DNA from: an uncultured Desulfatitalea sp.
GTDB lineage: Bacteria > Desulfobacterota > Desulfobacteria > Desulfobacterales > Desulfosarcinaceae
Direction: 5' to 3'
DNA: 64,000 nt
NCBI GenBank assembly: GCA_963668675.2
Contig: CAXXMB010000002.1
Location: 2,944,001 to 3,008,000 of the forward strand
Shown one piece after another: positions 1 through 7,658 of this stretch; the stretch's first letter is position 1, and the number at the start of each line of letters is the position of its first letter. The notes below the pieces were generated by a model that saw only the letters and a list, made by a program, of their open reading frames with translations, was not told the origin of the DNA and did no database searches. Made by a program: the position numbers and the translations under genes.

Positions 1-422
1 TGATCTATATAGAGGTATTCAGGCTTGAATTCCGGAAACTCTATCACCGCGTCTTCAGGAACGACTCTTCGGCAGTAGTCGAGTAGCTTGACGGCCTCGT
101 GGGTGTTATCGGGGTCGAGCATTGCAGAGATGGGATACCCCAATCGCGCAGACAGCATGCACATAAAAATCAGATTCGCTGCCTGAATGTTCTCAGGGGT
201 GACCCCGCTTGATAGCAGATGACCGACTGTTTTATACTGTATTGGCTGATAAGCGCCATCATCCCTGATGACCGGCCATTCGAAAAATCTATTGATTGGC
301 TCAAGATCGTTCGGCCTTACCATATGATGATGTGTACTGTCCGTTAACGCTGTTGTTTCAGGTCGGGGTTGCTCGGAAATCAACCCGTCTTCATACTTCT
401 CATTTTCGTTATTCTTAATCAT
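1..422 (-). CDS. Partial hypothetical protein resembling the primase-associated/MCM-like ATPase region of integrative elements, with degenerate Walker A
   Basis: Not in ORF track. ATG at 422 behind AAGGA; open to the window edge (MIKNNENEKY...MLSARLGYPISAMLDPDNTHEAVKLLDYCRRVVPEDAVIEFPEFKPEYLYID). Family assignment is tentative. Confidence 0.65.
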   Translation of the reverse strand, partial: MIKNNENEKYEDGLISEQPRPETTALTDSTHHHMVRPNDLEPINRFFEWPVIRDDGAYQPIQYKTVGHLLSSGVTPENIQAANLIFMCMLSARLGYPISAMLDPDNTHEAVKLLDYCRRVVPEDAVIEFPEFKPEYLYID

Positions 423-449
423 TCTTTTTCCTTTCTTTAAACGCTGTAA

Positions 450-483
450 ACAAAAAGGGCCGACCCGAAAATCCGGATCGGCC
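450..483 (-). terminator. Intrinsic terminator-like hairpin upstream of the 1-422 ORF
   Basis: Minus strand GGCCGATCCG-gatttt-CGGGTCGGCC followed by CTTTTTGTTT. Confidence 0.6.
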
Positions 484-785
484 ACCAACAACTACATCGG
501 CTTGTCTTTATGCCCCCATATGCATCACCTCCATTACAACGAAAATTACTTTTAAACGATTTATTCGTTTATGCAATTTTGTTGATACAATGCAGGATAG
601 TTGCCGAGAACCATCTAACATTTCGTAATTATATCAAAATTCGTATATTTATCTGAGGGGCATACAAGATAATCGGGTACACTGTGCTTTCAATTTCATT
701 TCCTGCACGGGGATATTTTCGGTGAAAATTGAAAAACGGGATTCAGCTGAAGTTTCACGAGTGGAGTTTCACGATTTGAGTGGTG

Positions 786-2093
786 TCAAATGGCCTCATC
801 GTCTTTCTTCGAGTCTTTATCAGAATCTATATCCCGCTTTTCACTTTGCGATCTGTGTTCGTCATATCCGAAATAGCGCGCCCACTCCATTGATGAAGAA
901 CTGCGCTTGTCCTTTTCAGGGATATAATTTTTGATGGCATCAGTTATTGATTCGAATTCATCACTAATTGACGGTGAGATTTGAGCAGAAAAGCGATAGG
1001 CTATTTTTTTCTTTTTATCGTTGATCATTTCATTGAGTTGCTTTTTTACATTATTCTTTAGTTGTCGTTCACTATTAATTTCATCTCTCAAATCCTCAAG
1101 GTGCTGCAAAATACACTCTAGTTTCTCTTCATAATCAAGTTTTGGCTCCGCCACTATTTCACGGTATATTTCTTCGAGAGCCTGCAAGGTGGATTCGATA
1201 TTCTCTTCGCAATTCGACTTTTTCAATTTATTAATCTCAAAATTAACCTTATCTAAACGTTCGATAACTGATTCAACCATTTTCTTGCTGTCAAGTTTTG
1301 GCTCCTTATTTAGTTCATTTTCAATTTGGTTTAGTTTTAACCATATCGGATCCAATACTTCTTCATAGGATTTATTTTTTTGTTTTGTAGTAATTTCATA
1401 TTTATTTTTTTCAAGTTGCCCAAGAATCAACTCGACATTTTCTCTACGGTAATCAGTCGCATTCTCAATTTTACCCAAGTAAAAACCAAACTCGCCTGGC
1501 CTCGGTGGTTTATTTCCAGTACTCTGAATCTCACCTTCAAGTAGATTTTTTAAATGCCGCATCTCACTTGAATCGTTTTTATCAACTCTTGCAAAATCGG
1601 CCGTTTGCTTCAGGCACTCATCGGCAAGCATTCCCTGTTTCAATAGCCTGTCAAAATGATCACGGATGCCCGCTTGTCTGATATTTTCGAGACGAAAACC
1701 CGAGTCCATGTTGTCCAAGCATTTAACTATGTGATTATTAAATGATTCAGAGGTGTATCGTAACCCTGACTTCTTCTGTGGAAAAAGTGGTCTTTTGGGA
1801 TAGAGTCTGTGGCCAGCCTTTTTTAAGTGATTCATGTGACTTTGAACAATGACCTTTGCCGGAGCTGAAATTGGAATCGGTGTTCCTTTAACTGACATGG
1901 TGTTGCGAGCAATACCAGACTTGGATACGTCGCCTATGTTTAATCCACGGACTTCATGATTCTTTAATGCGCACTTGTGGCAAATTTCCGCCATATTGGC
2001 CAATACTTCACCATCGATATTTGGAGTCCGTATCTGTCTAATTTTCTGAATGGCTTGATGAATTTCAGGAGTTGTTAAACGGGGCTGGGCCAT
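786..2093 (-). CDS. Degenerate tyrosine-recombinase-like domain fused to five 26-aa helical repeats
   Basis: CALKNHEVRGLNIGDV (box I-like), PLFP, ENIR (HxxR-like); repeat units such as SYEEVLDPIWLKLNQIENELNKEPKL and NCEENIESTLQALEEIYREIVAEPKL. Confidence 0.65.
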   Translation of the reverse strand: MAQPRLTTPEIHQAIQKIRQIRTPNIDGEVLANMAEICHKCALKNHEVRGLNIGDVSKSGIARNTMSVKGTPIPISAPAKVIVQSHMNHLKKAGHRLYPKRPLFPQKKSGLRYTSESFNNHIVKCLDNMDSGFRLENIRQAGIRDHFDRLLKQGMLADECLKQTADFARVDKNDSSEMRHLKNLLEGEIQSTGNKPPRPGEFGFYLGKIENATDYRRENVELILGQLEKNKYEITTKQKNKSYEEVLDPIWLKLNQIENELNKEPKLDSKKMVESVIERLDKVNFEINKLKKSNCEENIESTLQALEEIYREIVAEPKLDYEEKLECILQHLEDLRDEINSERQLKNNVKKQLNEMINDKKKKIAYRFSAQISPSISDEFESITDAIKNYIPEKDKRSSSSMEWARYFGYDEHRSQSEKRDIDSDKDSKKDDEAI

Positions 2094-2370
2094 GTGTCCT
2101 CCTTGAGTTTATATGCCTGAAGAGGCCATTTTCCTAAATTCTGCAGGCAAGCAGCAACATATAGCTTCTATAAAAAAGACCCTTTCCATATCAGCTTACC
2201 CTTTTTTGTGACGATTGTCAGTGTCGTTGACAGAAATTTTTGCTTAACAACCCAATATCACATCACATTTTTCACTTATTTCAAAAAACCTGCAAACACC
2301 GAACATAATCATACAAGTACAAGACTCGGAAAATTGTTTCCGATGATCTCAATCGATGATGCCTGTGGGA

Positions 2371-2397
2371 CTGCTGACTCTGCTGACACTGCAGACA
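2371..2397 (+). repeat. Three 9-bp tandem iteron-like repeats
   Basis: CTGCTGACT CTGCTGACA CTGCAGACA just upstream of the helicase gene. Confidence 0.6.
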
Positions 2398-2439
2398 CAC
2401 TCCCCAAGCATCCGAAATCAAACAGAAAGGATTTAAATA

Positions 2440-4299
2440 ATGGAAGAAGATTTGGTTGAAATTCTCAAAGGGTATGAAAACACAGAAGGTTGTAGTAGAA
2501 GCCCCATCCCGTACCCAACCGGGGCTGATTACACACAGCCGATGGAGGCGACAGCTGCAAACGATGCGGATGCAGTCGAGACTGAAATTCATGAACCATC
2601 CAAGGATTTGATTTATGAAATCCGAGAGGGCCACCTATTTAAAGTGGCAGGGGGCAAAGACATTCGGGTTGCCAATTTTTACCTTACTATCGCTGCCCAG
2701 TATATTCGAATGGATGAGGGCACTGTCACAGGCCGCGATTTTAAAATCGATGTGCATTTAAATAACGAAATTGTCGAGTTGATGATTCCTGTAGAGGAAT
2801 TTTGCAGCAACCGATTGGCAAATCAAATCATCGCACAGGCCGGATCAAGGGCCATCATCTATGGGAATCAAAATGATTTGAGAATTGCTGCCCAAGAGAT
2901 GTCCACACCACCGACGAAGACCATCACTTCAAGCATGGGATTTGACAGACACGAAGCGTATTTAGCCCCTGGTATGGTGATCTCAAAAACAGGTATTGAC
3001 CAAATGCCGGAGATCGAAGTTGATCTGAGTGAGGGCAATTTTTCCCGTCACATTGGTTTTTTGTCGCCTGACCAGGATCGGATCAAGGATTTGGTCGACC
3101 ATATTCTTGCTGATTTTATGCAGCTTAAGAATCACCAGGTCGTCTATCCGTTGATCGGTCATATCGTTGGGGCTGCCTTTGCATCACAGATTGGTGAAAT
3201 TGGCAGACAAAAGCCGTTTATGCATCTTCAAGGGACCTCGGGCTGTGGAAAAACATTTCTGGGCAACCTTGCCACATCCTTTTATGGTGCCTTCAATGAT
3301 AGGCCCATCCCCTGGACCTCCACTGCGAATTCGATTGAATATGAGGGGTATTTTTTCCGTGACGCGCTGCTCTTTATCGACGATTTGAAAACATCGATAG
3401 TTGATCCGAAAAAGGTCATCCGAATCATTCAGAACAGTGCCAACTCTCAGGGACGCAGCCGCCTGACAGCCGGTGGCGATCTAAAGTTGACGCCGATGCG
3501 AGGCGTGAGAGGCTTGATCCTATCGACAGGCGAGGATTTCATAAACGATGTTGAATCGGTCACCGGCCGCACCATACTTATCAACGTTGAGCCGGACCAG
3601 AATCAGCAATCTGGTATCAAGTGCTGGGCTCGTCGGCGTGAATACCGAATGTTAATGCCAGCCTTGCTACAGTGGCTTTTGGCTCAGGATGATTGGACTG
3701 AGCAATTTGAGAATTGCGTGAATGAAGAGACGACAAGAATTTGTGCCACCATCGCTGATTTTTCCAACGGATTTCGAGTGGCCAGCAACTGGGCCTTAAA
3801 TGCCTGGGGCTTTATGCTTTTTATTAGATATGCTGAGCATTTACAAATTGTCGATGAGGGCTACGCAGATGAAATAATTGATGAATATAGACAGATAATA
3901 GAAGACCATATCGCCGCACATGCAAATCGCATCAGAGTTCAAAGTCCGGTCGAGGTTTTTTACCAAATTCTCAGTCAGAGATTTGCCACCGGCTCTATTA
4001 TGGTACAAGGGTTATCGGATCAAAACAGTGGTCGCCTGATTGGCAAGGTCCGTGAAAACCAAATTATTTGTCTGTTTCCTGATCCAACCCTCGAAGTCCT
4101 GCATCGGCACTTTCGGGCTTCTGGTAGAAAAATGTCCTTTAGCAAAGAAACCTTACGGGACGCCTTGGACAGGGAAAATCTGATAATACGGTCAGGCCCA
4201 GGTCGCATAACCCATCAAATCAGAATGGGTGCCAGCCGGCTGCAGGCATGGCAGTTCGATATCAATGAATTTAAAGCACGCTGCGGTATGATGGATTAA
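2440..4299 (+). CDS. DUF927/Cch-like P-loop ATPase, putative replicative helicase of the element
   Basis: Walker A GTSGCGKT, Walker B LLFIDD, GRSR, ILSTGE; N-terminal VANFY typical of DUF927; winged-helix-like C-terminus. Confidence 0.75.
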   Translation: MEEDLVEILKGYENTEGCSRSPIPYPTGADYTQPMEATAANDADAVETEIHEPSKDLIYEIREGHLFKVAGGKDIRVANFYLTIAAQYIRMDEGTVTGRDFKIDVHLNNEIVELMIPVEEFCSNRLANQIIAQAGSRAIIYGNQNDLRIAAQEMSTPPTKTITSSMGFDRHEAYLAPGMVISKTGIDQMPEIEVDLSEGNFSRHIGFLSPDQDRIKDLVDHILADFMQLKNHQVVYPLIGHIVGAAFASQIGEIGRQKPFMHLQGTSGCGKTFLGNLATSFYGAFNDRPIPWTSTANSIEYEGYFFRDALLFIDDLKTSIVDPKKVIRIIQNSANSQGRSRLTAGGDLKLTPMRGVRGLILSTGEDFINDVESVTGRTILINVEPDQNQQSGIKCWARRREYRMLMPALLQWLLAQDDWTEQFENCVNEETTRICATIADFSNGFRVASNWALNAWGFMLFIRYAEHLQIVDEGYADEIIDEYRQIIEDHIAAHANRIRVQSPVEVFYQILSQRFATGSIMVQGLSDQNSGRLIGKVRENQIICLFPDPTLEVLHRHFRASGRKMSFSKETLRDALDRENLIIRSGPGRITHQIRMGASRLQAWQFDINEFKARCGMMD

Positions 4300-4340
4300 T
4301 CCATACCGGCACTTAACCACTGCAACAACTAAAAACAAGC

Positions 4341-4401
4341 AGGGTCCAACCCCGATGATGTTACGGCCGCCGCCAAAGTGTAGCGGCCACACCACCCAGT
4401 T
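4341..4401 (+). repeat. Copy 1 of an imperfect ~60-bp direct repeat
   Basis: AGGGTCCAA..ATGTTACGGCCGCCGCCA.AGTG...GGCCAC; 18-bp core identical to 5036-5053. Confidence 0.85.
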
Positions 4402-4573
4402 TCTTGGGCTATTTGACCCCTGACAATTTTCGCCACCATCAAATAGGGCCATGCTGTTCTGTCAAACACTGAAACTCCTCGCGCTGGCAGACAAATGTCC
4501 CCCCGAGGCGGCGTTGAATTGTAGCGCTACCAAGTTTATGGGCGCCTAATCTTTGAAAGGAGGACTAAATGAA

Positions 4574-4852
4574 ATGATAGCTTTTGAATTTGGACAACTG
4601 ATCATACGTACGGCACTGCAAGAGCTTGGGCTGTATTATGATGAAAAAATGCATTGTGAAGAAGATGGTATGGAATACTTCGTCGACAGTGTTGGTGCAT
4701 CGATGTATTTGCCCAAAGGTGATGACCATCCGGTTTTCATCGGCTTTTCCGAAGAAACACAGCCTGGTATGGCCGCTGAGTTTGCTATGCGGTTTAGCAG
4801 GATACTCGAAAAGTCAGGCATCAAAGTGGTGGCTGAACTGCATTTGCCATGA
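4574..4852 (+). CDS. Small hypothetical protein (92 aa)
   Basis: Strong SD AAGGAGGA; ATG at 4574 (MIAFEFGQ...). Confidence 0.65.
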   Translation: MIAFEFGQLIIRTALQELGLYYDEKMHCEEDGMEYFVDSVGASMYLPKGDDHPVFIGFSEETQPGMAAEFAMRFSRILEKSGIKVVAELHLP

Positions 4853-5017
4853 TGATACACCGGCATTGATTGAGCTGATCGAACTTTAAAATGGGAAATG
4901 AGGGGCCCAACCAGTTGCATCAAGCCTCTGTGGCAAGGCATGATAGACATTGAACACCTTGCCCAGTGAACATGTTACCCCCTCAAAAAAAAAAGAAGCT
5001 GAAATTAACAACTACAA

Positions 5018-5080
5018 AGGGTCCAAACTCAAATCATGTTACGGCCGCCGCCACAGTGCACAGGCCACCCCACCTAAGTT
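5018..5080 (+). repeat. Copy 2 of the imperfect ~60-bp direct repeat
   Basis: Matches 4341-4401. Confidence 0.85.
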
Positions 5081-5183
5081 ACCGCAGCAAACAACAATAT
5101 AGTTACAGGTCATAACTGACCGTTTTTAAAAGATGTTACCTCTGGACCCGGAAACGGGGTAACAGTGGTAAACAAGGCAAAAG

Positions 5184-5233
5184 TTGACAGTGGGCAGCAG
5201 TCCGCTAAAATGTCCCCATACAATAGATGGGGA
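5184..5233 (+). promoter_or_regulatory. Sigma70 promoter of the integrase plus SD-occluding hairpin
   Basis: TTGACA (5184)-16 nt-TAAAAT (5206); TCCCCAT/ATGGGGA stem overlapping GGGAGG. Confidence 0.6.
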
Positions 5234-5239
5234 GGATGT

Positions 5240-6445
5240 ATGAAAGGCAGAATTTATACGGAGGAAAGATGCCCGATATGTGATGGTCGCTTTTATCACG
5301 ACGAGAGGCGAGGCGGCTTATTCTGTAAGCAACACCCTGAGATTGCCGCAAGAAAAAAATTCATAATTCGCTTTGGACGATCCTTAACAAAGAGATGTAG
5401 TAGTTATGAAGAAGCTGAGCGATTCTTAACTGGATTGCGTTTCGAAAATGACAAGGGGACCTTTGATATACGCGACTATCGCAAAGAAAATCCGCTTGGA
5501 TTCGAAAATCTGGCGAATAAGTGGTTGGATCAGAAAAAGCGCACGAATGTGAAGGCCAAAACTATTCAATCTTACACCAATTTTATGGACAAGGCCATTG
5601 AGGCATGGGGGCAACGCAACATCAAGACAATAGGAACTGGCGAAGTCGAGGATTTTTTGTTGGCCGACCACATCAATCCAAGGACGAAGAGGCCAATTTC
5701 CGATAAAACGCGACACAATATGAAGTCTTGCTTGCATCAGTTTTTCAGTTGGGCATGCAGGCGGGAAAAAACATTAGTTCAACCCGAATTTCCAGAAATA
5801 ACTTTCGAGCTTGGGTGGCGTAACATTGTTACCATAGAAAAACAACAGGCTATAATTGAGGAGGTTAAGCGGATTTCATACGATATCGAACCGAAAGTGT
5901 GGTTGGGTATCAAGTTGCTGGCGACGTATATAAAAATTCGACCTGGTGAAATGCGCAATGTCAGGGAGCGTGACATTAATCTTGAATCGGGATTCATTCA
6001 CATACCACATCCAAAAGAGGGGTCTAAGAAACAGGGTAAATTCGCCTTTCTCGATGAGGAAGACATAGCGCTGATTAAGAGCTGCCCCAGGTCGATTGAC
6101 CCCAATTTGTTTTTCTTTCGGCATGAGGTTAAAAGATCCGGCGTTAAAGCAGGTGAGCAGTTCGGTCCTAAATATTTTAAAAAATGGTGGGATAAAGCTT
6201 GCGAAAACCTCGGTATAAAAGGCGTTGATCTTTATGGCGGGACGAAGCATTCGACGGCTACTGCATTGGGCGCTTCATTAACACCGGAACAGATCAAAAG
6301 AGGTGGGACGGGATCTGCAACCAACAAGGCATTTGAGCGATATTTTCAGCCCCGGCGAGCTGAATCCGAAATCGTTGTCTCTGAAATTAAGCAGTTGCAG
6401 AGGAAGCAACCGGCAAAAGTTGTCAGGCTGGCTGATAAAAAATAG
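5240..6445 (+). CDS. Tyrosine integrase with N-terminal Cys/His (zinc-finger-like) region
   Basis: ATG 5240 after GGAGG; CPIC...CKQH; core-binding region; IRPGE; LYGGTKHS; AFERY; adjacent to the ssrA 3' end. Confidence 0.9.
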   Translation: MKGRIYTEERCPICDGRFYHDERRGGLFCKQHPEIAARKKFIIRFGRSLTKRCSSYEEAERFLTGLRFENDKGTFDIRDYRKENPLGFENLANKWLDQKKRTNVKAKTIQSYTNFMDKAIEAWGQRNIKTIGTGEVEDFLLADHINPRTKRPISDKTRHNMKSCLHQFFSWACRREKTLVQPEFPEITFELGWRNIVTIEKQQAIIEEVKRISYDIEPKVWLGIKLLATYIKIRPGEMRNVRERDINLESGFIHIPHPKEGSKKQGKFAFLDEEDIALIKSCPRSIDPNLFFFRHEVKRSGVKAGEQFGPKYFKKWWDKACENLGIKGVDLYGGTKHSTATALGASLTPEQIKRGGTGSATNKAFERYFQPRRAESEIVVSEIKQLQRKQPAKVVRLADKK

Positions 6446-6524
6446 TTGTACAGCCTGAACAACACGTGTACAACATTTCAAGACCGCGAATATTGTATAA
6501 CTTGTTGAAATTTAATAGTATTAA

Positions 6525-6878
6525 TGGTGGAGGCGGCGGGAGTCGAACCCGCGTCCGAGAACATTCCACACTGGCGTCTACATACTTGTCCTGATGTTTA
6601 ATTTCACGAACCGAGGCTCCATCAGGCAATAGGCAGGGTTCGCTATCCTGTAAAAAGTTCATTCAGGCCGTAACAGGCATCCGGCATGAACTATCCTACT
6701 TAGTCGACGCCCTTACCAAATCCGCAGGAGAGAAAGGGCAGGACGGAAGCTGCCTAAGCAGCTACGGCGTAGTTATAATCGTCTGCGATTATATTTATTT
6801 CCCATCGAGTTTACGAGCCGATGAGCACTCGGTATGCAACCAGCACTTCTTTGCCCCCGTCGAAGCCGTTTCGCCCCC
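6525..6878 (-). ncRNA. ssrA: tmRNA; tag reading frame ADDYNYAVAA* at 6786-6754
   Basis: 5' GGGGGCGAAACGGCTTCGACGGGG; 3' GGTTCGACTCCCGCCGCCTCCACCA; tag ends in AA; next to smpB. Confidence 0.97.
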
Positions 6879-6937
6879 ATTGGGTTGGTTGAACGGCGGG
6901 GTATGCTGACTTATGTCAGAGAACGATTGAACACCCG

Positions 6938-6966
6938 AAAATAATGGAGTTCTGGGCGTTTGTCAA
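6938..6966 (-). promoter_or_regulatory. Putative ssrA promoter
   Basis: TTGACA-17 nt-TATTTT on the minus strand. Confidence 0.5.
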
Positions 6967-7034
6967 TGCGCGAATCGCTGTCTTGCAGCGAATAATGTGT
7001 GTTGCTGAATGGTTCAGGTGGGTTATGAAATTTA

Positions 7035-7177
7035 TTAATCTGGCAATCAAATACACATAGAATTGTCATGCCGGCGAAAGCCTGAAGCCAGGCTTTCCCT
7101 GGATCCCGAATCATAAAAGCTTGCCCCCGGTCCGCGATCCGGGATGACTTTGGTTGGCCTATTTTATTGCCGGTTTA
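7035..7177. repeat. MITE-like element, family A
   Basis: Terminal IRs TTAATCTGGCAAT...ATTGCCGGTTTA; core GTCATGCCGGCGAA...CTGGATCCCG...GGGATGAC; homologous to 56942-57069. Confidence 0.75.
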
Positions 7178-7193
7178 CGAATTGAATTAGCAG

Positions 7194-7655
7194 CTATTTA
7201 TACTCTTTGCGCTGTCGATCGAGGTCGCGTTGTTCGTCGCGGCGGCGGATGGTTTCGCGTTTGTCGTAGTGGCGCTTGCCTTTGGCCAGGGCGAGTTCAA
7301 GTTTGACCTTGCCTTCGCGAAAATAGAGGCGCAGGGGGACCAGGGTGTAGCCGCGCTCGTTCATTTTACCGTAGAGCTGTTTGATTTCGTAGTGGTGCAT
7401 AAGCAGTTTGCGCACGCGCAGCGGATCGTGGTTGTTGTAGTAGGCGAAGGGGTAGGGGCTGATGTGCAGTTGATGGACGTAGAGTTCCCCGTTTTTGATG
7501 CGGGCGTAGGAGTCCTTGAGGTTGGCGCGGCCCTGCCGGAGTGATTTGACTTCGGTGCCTTTGAGCACCATACCGGCTTCGAAGCGGTCTTCGATAAAGT
7601 ACTCGTGGCGCGCCTTGCGGTTTTCAGCGATGATTTTAATGTGATCCTTTGCCAC
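7194..7655 (-). CDS. smpB: SsrA-binding protein
   Basis: ENRKARHEY, EAG.VLKGTEVKSLR, R.RKLL.H, KGK..YDKR. Confidence 0.98.
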   Translation of the reverse strand: MAKDHIKIIAENRKARHEYFIEDRFEAGMVLKGTEVKSLRQGRANLKDSYARIKNGELYVHQLHISPYPFAYYNNHDPLRVRKLLMHHYEIKQLYGKMNERGYTLVPLRLYFREGKVKLELALAKGKRHYDKRETIRRRDEQRDLDRQRKEYK

Positions 7656-7658
7656 GGG

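Larger units (their letters stand above)
1..6524. mobile_element. Right end of a genomic island/integrative element inserted at the ssrA 3' end (continues beyond the left edge)
   Basis: Tyrosine integrase ends 79 bp from the tmRNA CCA end; visibly more AT-rich than the host genes; helicase and hypothetical genes. Confidence 0.88.

Noticed and set aside
4341..5080. CRISPR array or DGR template/variable pair
   Set aside because: Only two imperfect copies about 677 bp apart; differences not confined to adenines; no cas or reverse transcriptase in the window
5165..5239. N-terminal extension of the integrase from GTG 5165
   Set aside because: Overlaps the promoter; the SD supports ATG 5240
6525..6560. 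tRNA gene
   Set aside because: It is the tRNA-like 3' domain of tmRNA; no anticodon arm
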